The position numbers were made by a program, and so were the translations under genes. Positions 1 to 11,273 of a stretch of DNA of 64,000 bases are shown here, piece by piece. Source of the DNA: Lingula anatina (taxonomy: Eukaryota; Animalia; Brachiopoda); contig CM120647.1 of NCBI GenBank assembly GCA_051362555.1, positions 15,786,651 through 15,850,650 on the forward strand, written 5' to 3'. Under the pieces are notes generated by a model. It searched no databases, had not been told where the DNA came from, and was given only the letters and a program-made list of their open reading frames with translations. Numbering within the stretch: position 1 is the first letter of the stretch; each line of letters starts with the position of its first letter.

Positions 1-196
1 TCCAGTGGAGCAAATGTCAAACAGTGATCAAATTATGACATGTAACCTAGGCCTAAATGGCAAAATGTGCCATTTTCAGTTATGCATGCTGTTCATGTTA
101 TTTTTCATTATTTTCATCATTATTTTCAGCTGTACATATATGCTGCTAATTAAGCATCTTATTTATCAGTACTTAAGTTTCAACATATTATTTCAG

Positions 197-994
197 TCGA
201 TTACCCATGGTCTATCGTCTGTTTACCAGCACAGCCGCTATTCGTGGGTTACGTGCCGTGGCCATTCGACGATGATCCAGCTCTACCCGGAAGCTATTCT
301 GGCAATATTTGTTGGGTGAATATATACATTTACTACATACTAGTCAATTGCAGACCCATGGTTTTCTTTGGGGGGGGGGGGGGGGGAGGGGGTAGATAAT
401 TTTTTTCTCGGGTAATCCAAGAGAGATAAAAACAGTACACAAGGAGGATTTTATTATTATGATATGAACAAGTACGGTCCAGGGTTGAAGACGTTTTATT
501 TCGTGTTTTGTTGTTCACAGTGTATTTTGCCACGAAGAAATCCTCCGCAATTTAAGCCCCCTGGTCTTTTCTGTGCCCCGTAATACGGCTCCGTTTGAGA
601 GTAAAAAAAAAACTTTTCCTGCCGACAACTGGCCGATCATTGAGCATTCATTCTGCGACAAAATCGGTGCTTGTGCCTCCTTTCTGTGACCACGGCGATG
701 CCAGTTCCATGCTGGCACAAAAAAAAAAACTGCGGAAACGACGCCGCCCAGTATACTGGTTGAGGGGATTGAAGGAGGAGTGGTAATTCGCCAACTACAG
801 TACGGTACTTACGTCTGATGAGAAAAAAAAAGCCAAATTTGTGGGAATATTCACCTTTAAAGGTACATATATGTGCTGTCTTTTAACCTTTATTCATCTA
901 TTTTCAGCTCTTCTTTACCGACAAATTGTATGATAACGCCGATGCTGTCAAGGCCGACATCCTCCTTGATTACGTTGGACCACCTTTTGGATAA
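197..994 (+). CDS. Array copy A, 3' end only (last two coding exons 197-315 and 908-994) of a secreted chitin-binding/LamG-like (Pif-like) protein
   Basis: AG/GT-bounded exons encode DYPWSIVCLPAQPLFVGYVPWPFDDDPALPGSYSGNICW and LFFTDKLYDNADAVKADILLDYVGPPFG*, colinear with exons 8-9 of copies B-F; AATAAA at 1268-1273. Confidence 0.85.
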
Positions 995-1020
995 TTGGTG
1001 GATACAATGACGAAAGACCC

Positions 1021-1171
1021 CCAGCAAAGCGAGAAACGGCGATAACCTCGTTCTGCGAAGAGAACATCTATATATAGGACTCATAAGTTCCAATGATGAT
1101 TTTTGATAATCGGATGTAGAACGTGATTCCTGACAAAACGCGGGCGTGTTTGAAACGTTTCTTGTTGCTGG
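1021..1171 (+). promoter_or_regulatory. Conserved predicted structured 3'-UTR element, copy A (also 14712-14872, 22630-22784, 32680-32841)
   Basis: Outer stem CCAGCAA..AGAAACG / CGTTTCT..TTGCTGG, a middle stem with a covarying pair, and an inner hairpin AGTTC-CA-ATGA-TGATT..AATCG-GATG-TA-GAAC, seen in four paralogs (5' flank of the inner hairpin partly deleted in C). Confidence 0.55.
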
Positions 1172-3911
1172 AAAGATCTTGATTTTACGATGACGACCTC
1201 TTAACTTTTGGACGTAATGTTCGTAGTTCAATAGACTTAATGTCCTGTGTTTAACACAGATGTTGTGAATAAACTTTAGAAGCATTTGAAATAATGTTTG
1301 TGTGTTTTAACTTTTGTGCTGTGTGTGTTGAGAGAGAGAGAGGTGAATTGTGTGAAGCGTTTCAAACTAACTTGTGCGTTTTGGTTAATTTCTTTGGTAT
1401 ACAGTGTGTGTGTGTATGTTTGTCTGAGTGAGAAAGTGATTTGTTTTATTCAGCGGCACCTAGATATTGAACCAATTGCGATGTCAAGATGCCGACTAAA
1501 AGGGGAAATTTCTCGTCCAATCAAAATGTCAAATATGTCATCCAACTTTTCCAGTGTTGAAAATGTTATGGTAAATGGTCCAATTATAGGGCTGTGTTCC
1601 GGAGTAAATAGCCTTAAAAAAACAATGGTCAAGGAACGCACCCCAAACCTGGACAGACCCGGTACCACAGGCGATATTGCCCTACACACACTCCTCAACA
1701 TGTCCACGGACACTCGTTTGGCTTTCGAGAATTTTCGATTCCCAAGCAAAGATTCCCGTGACGATTAGAAGGTTTCATCATCTGTGAAGCCAACGGTCGT
1801 GACATATTTAATTCAAATTTCACTCCATTTCCAAGTGGTGACTTCAGGGGCGATTACAGAATGCATAATGACAACGCACTTGCTCACAGTTCTCGTCTGC
1901 TTGATTTGTTGCAGAATCGAAATATTCTGATAATGGAACTTTTTTTAATTGTACAGCCAGTTTTTGCTCCCACTGAATAAAATATGAATATTTTCAGCAG
2001 TATTTTGGCTTTACTTTACCGCAAGTCATGTTACAGGTGTTACATGTATATTCTAACAAAAAATTGAATAAGAATTTCTATGAACATTTTACTAAATTTA
2101 ATTCATAGTCAACGTCATTCAGTTCAACCCTCCAAGCTCGACTTCCAGGGTATCTCCAATCTCGTGAACAGTTTTCAGCAACAGGACATACCCATTTTAT
2201 ATGTACATGTCACTAATATCAATACGACTATGATAAAGTTCAGTTCTCTTTTTTTCTTAATGTATTCGTAATGTTTTCTTGTCCTTTTACCAACATTGGC
2301 AGCTGTTGGTCAGTCGAAGTAATGTAAATCATTGTTATTCCTGTCATGAAGTCAAATGTTATATATCAGTTATCATCAATGTTATCTATACTGTGAAGTC
2401 CTGTGTTATAATTCTCCATTGTTATTTATGTCATGAAGTCCAGCTTGCAAAAATATCGTCCTATTATCAGGCCTATGGCCATATATACTCCTGTGAATAC
2501 TACCTTTTCACTGTTCACCTTGCACCTCTCTTTTAATCCATCCCAGTAACCCCTTTTCATCCGGTTGTACCAACTTACACAATCAACTATCACAATCAAC
2601 TAACACAATTTACTGCCACAAACAACTAACACAATTTACTACTACAAACAACCAACACAATCAACTACTACGGTCTTGGGTTGTAACACAGGTAAATGTG
2701 GTTATGGATAAAAACTCAGTTTAAAGGGTTAACAGCTAATATGCGATTATTTGTAAACAAAAACGCATTAGGACTAAAAGTGACACATCTTCTTTGACCA
2801 AACATGTACTATACTTCTTATACGTGTGCATCAAAAAATACATACAGCGTCAAAAAACGTATAAATTTGATTAATGAATGAATAAACCCACCCTAGTGTT
2901 TGGCCCACATGCAATATGCTATGCAAAAACCCACATTTGGTTTATGAAGTTATACATTACGTCAAATCACCTGTCAGTCTTTGGCCATGGGCATTCGTTA
3001 TTTGCCTTCCTTGATTCTTGCGATTGTTTTGGTAAATCCATCAATACTATGCAGAAAAAAAAGTGGATTGTGTATTTTTTCTGGAAGCATGAACGTAGAC
3101 ACAGCTGTATAGAATAGTACTATTCTAAGGGATTTTCGATAAGGGGCATAAGGGAGTCCCATATGATTAGTACAGATTAGGTTTAGTCGGAGTAGTGTGG
3201 TTAGTATAAAGCACGAACGTCACCTGTACAAAGTAACGGGAACGGACTACGGTTCCCAGCGGACTAACCTACCTGTCAGACCTGCCGTGCGTAATACCCT
3301 CCTCTTTTTGCACCCGGGATTGGGACCGGTGTAACGTGACAGATAGCCCCCCCCCCCCCCCCCCCCCCCCCCTTTATAGAGAGTCCGTTTCCCATTCGAC
3401 CTAGATATTGACCCACGTAGGTCAAACTAACCTTAACCTTTATAACTAAATGGAAGGCGGACCTTCTGTTATTCGGACCCTCAGTTTCGTTACACCTGCC
3501 ATGGCAGAGTCGTGGATGTACCGTTTCAGAAATTAGTGCTCACATCACAAAATTCAATACTTCATAAACGTTGGATAAACATGCCTATTTTCTCTACGTT
3601 AGAAACATCACCGTGTCGGGTTTAGTTCCGATCAGTTTTCAACTTAAGGTAATTTAAATCTTTCACGATCGTTTACAACTGATGCTAAAACGTCCAAGAT
3701 TAGGTATATATATACATACACGGGTTAACACATAAAAGAGAACGAACTCAAGTCCCGCGTAGAGTCTCTAACTATAAATGGTGTTTACTTCCCATATAGA
3801 GCATGTACTACACTTGACGTGTCTCCAAGAATGCTAGCTCAATTCTTTCCATATCAGTCACTAACTTAACTTAACAATGACAGTATTAAAAATGCAATAT
3901 TTGACGCACTG

Positions 3912-4374
3912 AAAGGAGCTGAAGAAACAACAGAGCATTTATTCCGGAATTATGCGGTTACCCAAAAATTATTGACCGACTTGGTAGAATATATATTATC
4001 TAATACTCAAGTTACTCTACCTGTCTCAAAAAGGAATTGCTTAGTCGGCTCTACGAGCCTCTCTCCAATTATTAATCTCATTATGTTGCAATTTAAATTT
4101 TATATCTATTTAAGAAGATGTTCACAGGGTAAACCAACATTAGGAGGTTTGATTTCATCGCTTAGATATCTGGTGAAAACAGATAAGTCAATCTGTCAGT
4201 ACAATTCAAATATAATTAAGTTATTTTCAATTTGAATATTTAGCGTACGATGATGTAATTAACTAAAAAGTGTTATATAGTATAATATCTCTTATGTGTG
4301 AGTGTGTGAGTGAGTGTCTGTTTGTTTGTTTTTGTATTGTCATGTATTCGTGATGTATTGTGTCAATAAAAAAA
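3912..4374 (+). mobile_element. 5'-truncated L1/Tx1-clade LINE (ORF2 C-terminus, 3' UTR, poly-A)
   Basis: 16-bp TSD AATATTTGACGCACTG at 3896-3911 and 4375-4390; translation ..EETTEHLF..IINLIMLQFKFYIY.. resembles the Tx1/L1 ORF2 C-terminus; ends AATAAA plus an A-run. Confidence 0.8.
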
Positions 4375-4631
4375 AATATTTGACGCACTGGCTTCGTGAG
4401 CACCACACCTACATGTATGAAATTCAAATCTATCATTTTTTACCGAAGAAGCCTAAATAAAATCACCTATTTACTACATTCATGTAGTTCCTGACACACT
4501 AGCGCATTGAGCTCAACACCTACGATATTCAAATATCTACTGATACCGAAGAAGCTACAATTAAGATTAAATATTTAGGAGTTCCTGACGAGCGCGTTTG
4601 CGCACGCACGCCTAATTAAGTGCCTCAATAA

Positions 4632-5517
4632 AGCCTCGGACACAACCGGCCGTACGGGCTCTTACGTGCTGTTTGCGTCCAAATTTTGCGCAGAATCTCA
4701 CGTCCAACGCAAGTCCTTCTTACGCAATTTCGAGTTCGCAGACAGCCCGTAAGCACGTACGGTGGATGTTGGACATGTCCAAAAAATTCTACGAATAGCC
4801 TGCGAACAGTGAGGCCGCAAGCGTAACTTGCTCCCCTCGCACGGAGTTAGCAAGAGAGACGCACGTTGTGCAAGACGCACGTCTCAAGCAATGAAGGAGC
4901 AAGTGCCCTTTGCGTGTTGAGTAAGGCGCACGCCCTCACAACTAACTAACAAAGTTGAGAGCACACCGGGAATGAGTCGCACTTGCATCACCCCCACACC
5001 TTGTGTATAAAAGGCGTGCTCATAACGCACGCTCGTGTCTTTACAATGAACGTCGACCGTGTAACGTGTACAAAAATTTTCAAAATTTTCAAATTTTTGC
5101 TCAATTTAGTTTCTTATATGCCTCCAAAAGGCAAGAGAAAGAAGCTTACATAGTAGAAAAAAGGAAGAAGAAAGAAGAGGAGAACATGAAACAAAACTGA
5201 AGTACGCCGTCAGTACGTCACCACAAACGTGTGAGGCAAGAGTGAAGCAAAACTGACGCAAAAGGGCACTACTTTCGTAAGTGGTGAGTGTGTGCCACGT
5301 ACACAGGAAGCAAGACAAACTCAAGAAATGAGTACAATTTCCACGGCCATCGCTCCTTGCATTTAGTGTCCCTGCTTGAAAAGATATCTCATGTTGCCCT
5401 TGCGACTCGCAAGGCAGACTTTCTTCTACCTCTACGACCTTCACGACCTCCGCAACACCCAAAAATCGCAGGGGACGTACGATCCTGAAATTCGTGCGTC
5501 CGTTTGTGACCGAGGCT
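4632..5517. mobile_element. Non-autonomous PIF/Harbinger-like DNA transposon
   Basis: Imperfect TIRs AGCCTCGGACACAACCGGCCGTACG / CGTGCGTCCGTTTGTGACCGAGGCT; TAA TSD at 4629-4631 and 5518-5520. Confidence 0.75.
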
Positions 5518-6170
5518 TAAGGAGGTGGTGTACGTGCACGTGTACACATAGCTAGTTCCCATATGAATTCAAATACCGGTCTTCTTTTTAGGGCGGTGAC
5601 GTTGATTTATAAAATAATCAACCGATTATGAAAAACTAAATACATGTGCATAAAAATGCATTTAGCGTCCAAAACCTGTATTATACCATAATAAATAATA
5701 TAAATGGATGAAAAACACATCCTATTGTCACGTCAATATTCAATATGCAATAAAAAAGTTCATATTTAGTTTATGAAGTCTGTAGCAGCCTTTAATGTTA
5801 CAACACGCATTTTCATTTTTATCGTATCATTCATTTCTGCTGCAGTTAGGAAATACCGTGGCAGACATTTATGTTCACTATAGCGTGCAAGGAATTGGAG
5901 AAAATTGAATCTTTCATAAAAAGTTTCATATCTTTTTAAATACTGCATTTTTTACTTTGAAATTAATAGTTGAATTTGCATCGCCTGCCTCGTTCGCCCC
6001 CCCCCCCCCCCCTTTATCTCTATCTCACACACAGGCACGCATACACACTTCTCTCCCTCTCTTTCTCTATGTTGTACAGGTATAAGCATATACAGTATGT
6101 ATAACTATCTCACAAACACACACACACCCTCCCTCTTGCGCACGTTCTCATACATGTATACACATAAACA

Positions 6171-6240
<70 letters not shown>

Positions 6241-6910
6241 TTACACACACGCACGTGCAGATCCAGGATAATTTGAAGAGAAGGACCGTTTTTTACGAAT
6301 CACAGACCGATAATGTGAAGCTGACGCCCCCCCCCCTCCCCCCCCAACACACACACACACACACACAAGACAGTTTCCATAAAAATTTGAATTGCGGTCT
6401 TTTTATGGCACTGACGTGGATTTACACAATAATCAACTGATTAGGATACGCTTTATACGTGTGCATAAAAAATACATATAGCCTCGAAATATGCATTATA
6501 CCATAATCCATTTTATTAATGGATGAAAAGCCCATCCCATTATCTCGCCCATGCGCAATATGCAATGCAAATATTCTGTTTATGAAACCTACTTTAAACG
6601 TAACAACATGCATTTTCATTTTTACTGTAGCATTAATTCGTACTGCGGTGTGGATACCAAGGTAGAAATTCATGTTCATATCACTCAGTACTGGATTAAT
6701 GAAAATTCAATGTTTCATTGAAAAAAGTGTTTCTCTATGTGAAAAAAAATACATTACAACTAGTAGGCTCAATTTTAGTTAATGTTATATAATCTTTAAA
6801 ATTCGAAGGGATGTTTTTTGCTTTAACAATACTGGCGCATGCGCGTTCAGCTACAAGAAGCATATGCCCAAACCAAAAAGATATTATTTTAAAATACTGC
6901 ATTAATTACT

Positions 6911-7121
6911 TTGAAATTAACAATTGTAATAGGTTTTAACCGCCCTTGTTTGTCTTTGAACAGCCATAGCGACGTTTCCAGTTTTTGAATAACGTAAATA
7001 AATGCTGTAAATATTTAAATCGTTCATTCTTGAATAAGTCGAAGAGGAGGATAAAAGAGGTGAGACGCCCCGTTAGACTATCACACTGCTTCCTGACCGT
7101 GGACAGGTTCACAGTTGAAAG
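6911..7121 (+). promoter_or_regulatory. Core promoter and non-coding leader exon of copy B (paralogous promoters at ~17204-17402, ~25372-25569 and ~39358-39411)
   Basis: GATAAAAG at 7050-7057 about 30 nt before an Inr-like TCACACT, then donor AAG|GTAAGG; upstream block TGAAATTAACAAT..CGCCCTTGTTT shared with C and D. Confidence 0.55.
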
Positions 7122-7189
7122 GTAAGGAGAAATAATTGCAGGCAAACTGAGGCCTCCACCAGAAGGCTATCCTTTCTAGGGTTCTCCCT

Positions 7190-7349
<160 letters not shown>

Positions 7350-7814
7350 ACGTTGGTGAACGGGGAGTTGGAGGACAGAGGGGGTAGAAGGGTACTTTCG
7401 GCCTTTACTTATAAGGATATTGGTGGGGGCAATGTATCCTCACCCTAATGAAAGGGAAAATTATTATGAGCTGATTTCGTATTCTGTACACAACAATGTT
7501 GGTTAAATGGAGAATAATGAACGCTGCAATTTTTTTGGAATGAGTACACTATTTCAAATTATGTCAGTGCAGCAAGTATACTTACTTGCTTAAATTAAGT
7601 GGTTTGATTGTAGAATTATTATTGCCGTTTTAGTAAAACTAGAAAAAATAATTAAAAATTCAATAGGTACTGAAAGTGTAACAGCAATCCAAATGCACTT
7701 TTGGCGGAAGCTTTCATACATCTGTTCTAGAAAATGAAAAAAAAAACAGTTTCTCTTTCAGTGAAGATAGGTGATCGTAGAAATGTCATAGACCTTTTTT
7801 GCTTGCAGATCACA

Positions 7815-9807
7815 ATGAAGATCATAATAGTGTGCCTAGCTCTGCTCGGCGCTACCTATGCTGCTCATTTATCGAGGGGTAAGTTTTGAAGAACCAGTAA
7901 ATTTTATAATCGATGTGGACCTGACAAGTAATTAAGTTTTAGATCCATTTTTATAGTGTTCATAGTGAGTACAAAATATCCATTAAAATACATTCCCGAG
8001 TTACAATATTTATGGTATTTATTTTAGATAAAGATATCTTATGAATTAAAACTATCTTCACATACATGTAATTCTAGATGAAGTCGAGCAACGATGCCTG
8101 GTTGACAAAAGAGACGTGTCACAAGGCGTCGCCTACGTCGCAGACTCTGACTGTGCCTATTACTGGCAGTGTGACTTCGCCTACACCCTACTGAAAAATG
8201 TCACCCTCATAAAATGTCCCATCGGAACGCTGTGGGCCTCCCTCGCTGGTTCAGTAGCGCCTCTACCGGGCCAAGAGCCAGTGGTTTGTGTTAACTGCGA
8301 GCTGCAGCCCGATGAAGAATGTCACGTACAGTACCCCACCGGGTCAGACCAGTGCCCTGATGGTATGTATCACGTTATCATACTTCTTATACCATCTACC
8401 AATATCACAGAAAGTGTTGTGTTGCTATGTGCTCACAGGTATTTTTCTGGCCATTCTGTGTCCATTATTAAACTTGGATTTTTTTTCTCACAATACAAAA
8501 ATGGTGTCACCAAGCTGGTCTCTGACAGTGAGTTCTGTTTAGCACAGCCAACAGAAAAACCGAAGGACCATCATGACGGCGGCAATGTTTTTATTTTAAC
8601 TATTGTTATTATTGTTTTTTTTTTCTTTCTTTTGGAAAAGATAATGTAATTGTGATATCGATAAAGTTTTAAAGATGTTCCCTTGTTGAAAAAGAAAATA
8701 ATAAATACTTACGAAATTCTAGCTGTATCCGGGATTGTGAATAGCCTTTGAAAAAAACATCATTTAATTTGATTATTATACAATTAGCCTTGGTGGAGGT
8801 CTGTGCACTCGGGGTGATTTATATTATATCATATTATATTACATTACATTACATTACATTACATTACATTATATTATATTATATTATATTATATTATATT
8901 ATATTATATTTCAGCTCCACCACCTGTACCTACTACAATGGAACCTCCGCCACCTCTTGGAGACAGTAAGTTTATTGGTCAATCAAAAGAAAACAAACAG
9001 GTTCATTTATTTCCTTGGTGAGAAGTTGGAAGGTGCTGGAGTTGAAGTAATCCAAGTTCAAGGTGACACAGACATCCATATTTCATTTAAAAAAAGTTTA
9101 TCTGAAGCGTACATCATACGATCATAATCTTCTGAACCTTGTCCCGAAGCCATAATTGCTCGCAACGTCATTTTCTTGTGTTTGAATTGAAACCAAGGCT
9201 ATCCTTGGTGAAGGCAGTTAGGTTCTAAATGACTTGTCAGTTATTTATAACTACATGTAAGATTCAAATGGAATAAGACATTGAATTAAGTGTAGGGATA
9301 GGTTGGCAATACATTTTAAGTAGGAAATAATGTCGTTTACCTCAGGCAAGTTTATTTTGGTGCATGAATTGGATAAAGAGCACCTTTAAAATCATTTTAT
9401 TTAAGTGTTTATTATGTCCTGTTCAATCTTGTACTACAACAGAAAGTGGTAAAAGACCAAAAGTGTACTTTTGAGCTTATTTTTATTCAGTTTTTTTGCT
9501 TCAAATTTGGTATGACTTGTAGCCGCCATTTTAGTTTTGGCGGCCATTTTGTATCTTGTTGAGGCTATCTGCATTTGATTTATTTGGAGAGAAGTGTCAC
9601 AACATTCCTTTATGCATTGTGTACCATTTTAACAAGCTTTTGTTGAAACCACCTGGAGCAAAAGTGCACCTACTACGGTAACTGTAGATCTCTATGCTGG
9701 CGGCCATTTTGGATTTTCACCAAAAATACCTGTTCCACTACTTGGATTTTCCTACTTTTTTTGTATGATCATATGGGCTACCCAAATACTAAAAAACGTA
9801 CTTCAAT

Positions 9808-9839
<32 letters not shown>

Positions 9840-11225
9840 TTTTTGCAATTATTCCCTGGTCAAACCATTTTTTTCTTAGACTAATCCCAAAGTTGATTTA
9901 TTCAGGTACTGAGATAGTCATTAAGTAGGTATTAATTTCTAAAACATTTTATTTATATATGATAATGGTTCAGGCATACATTTTTTCTAGCGGATGTCAC
10001 TTGAAGATAAACTTATAGGTTTTGTCTTAACTTGAAGATTATTTTAAGCCATCTGAACTGATACTCAAGACTAGTAAATATCCGGAAAGCTTCGTCGACA
10101 GCTTTCAGACATTACCCGTCTCCTTAATAACTTAATCGTACATGTATGATGTATCTGACTGGAGAGGGTCTGTCCCTTTCTGTTTGATACAAATATGTTG
10201 CCGTTGTAAATGTGCATTATCTGCAGGTAGACTCATTTTTAAATTATTTTCTGTTAACTATCGTTGCATTTATTCCAGAAAAATGTACAATCATGCCCCA
10301 GAAATTGGCATTCCAAGAAATCCTAGGCGAAGACAGCAACGTATGGTACCTGAACCGGAACCAAACATTTTCCTGTGGACATCTTATCTTTAGTTTTAAA
10401 AGATGTGGTTGCATCGCCGGACGTAAGTTGTGTGAATATGTATTTCAACGAGCATATAAATCGTATAAAATATACTACTATTAATATTGGAGCATAACTA
10501 GCTGAACAGCTTGGCGTTTTAATGAGGAACAACAGGGGATCGTGATTAGCCGTCATCGTACACTTAAGCGGACATAATTATTTTATCATTTATTATATTT
10601 GTGATGTATACATAATAGTGTTGGAAGTAGCTCAGACAGCGAACAATGTCAAAATGTAACATTTTAAAAGCTGAATAAATTATTTTTATTATTAAATATC
10701 GAATAATTTCTGCAAACAAAGGAGATTGTTGTGATCGCCGTTGAAGTATGGGCATTTATTCGCAAAGTTCGATGAAATTTCAGAATTTTCAGTCAATTTG
10801 GAAGGAAAGACGTGGTAATTACTCCAAATGAACAAGTCTCCTAATATTTTAGAATAATTACCTCTGACAAAGAGGTGTTGTTTCGGTTACCGTTTATTTG
10901 TGTGCTTTTCAGTGAGTAGAATTAATCAGTAAATGGATCATCACCAAATCTTATCAGTTCTTCCTTAATTGATTAATGGATACATCTTGGTTTTAACTAA
11001 TGAATAAAAATATTAATCTTGTCGTATATCTGCGCTCTCTGAGTGGTCCTGTTCTTATTGCCATTCTTTTGAGAACTTAAAATGCTCTTTTGTTTAATTT
11101 AAATATACATTGCGGCATAATTACAAGATGCTGTTTGGGTAATCCATGGCTGAAGAAGTGATTTGACGGTATATTAAGCTTGGTGTGAGGTTTCAATGAA
11201 ATGAAAGTTTAGTCAAACTCTCAGT

Positions 11226-11273
<48 letters not shown>

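Noticed and set aside
1093-1133. C/D box snoRNA (ATGATGA...CTGA)
   Set aside because: Only ~40 nt long, exonic rather than intronic, and the D box is lost in copy D.
1005-1135. SECIS element / selenoprotein reading of the 3'-UTR AUGA..GA motifs
   Set aside because: The intact coding regions have no internal UGA, and the helix above the GA quartet is only 4-5 bp with no apical AAR (a SECIS needs about 11-12 bp).
890-1285. 131-aa - strand ORF and similar ORFs at 14660 and 22554
   Set aside because: Antisense to the last exon and 3' UTR; the frame is not preserved among paralogs.
4578-4612. Hammerhead-like CTGACGA-GCGC-GTTT-GCGC
   Set aside because: The required GAAA is missing after stem II.
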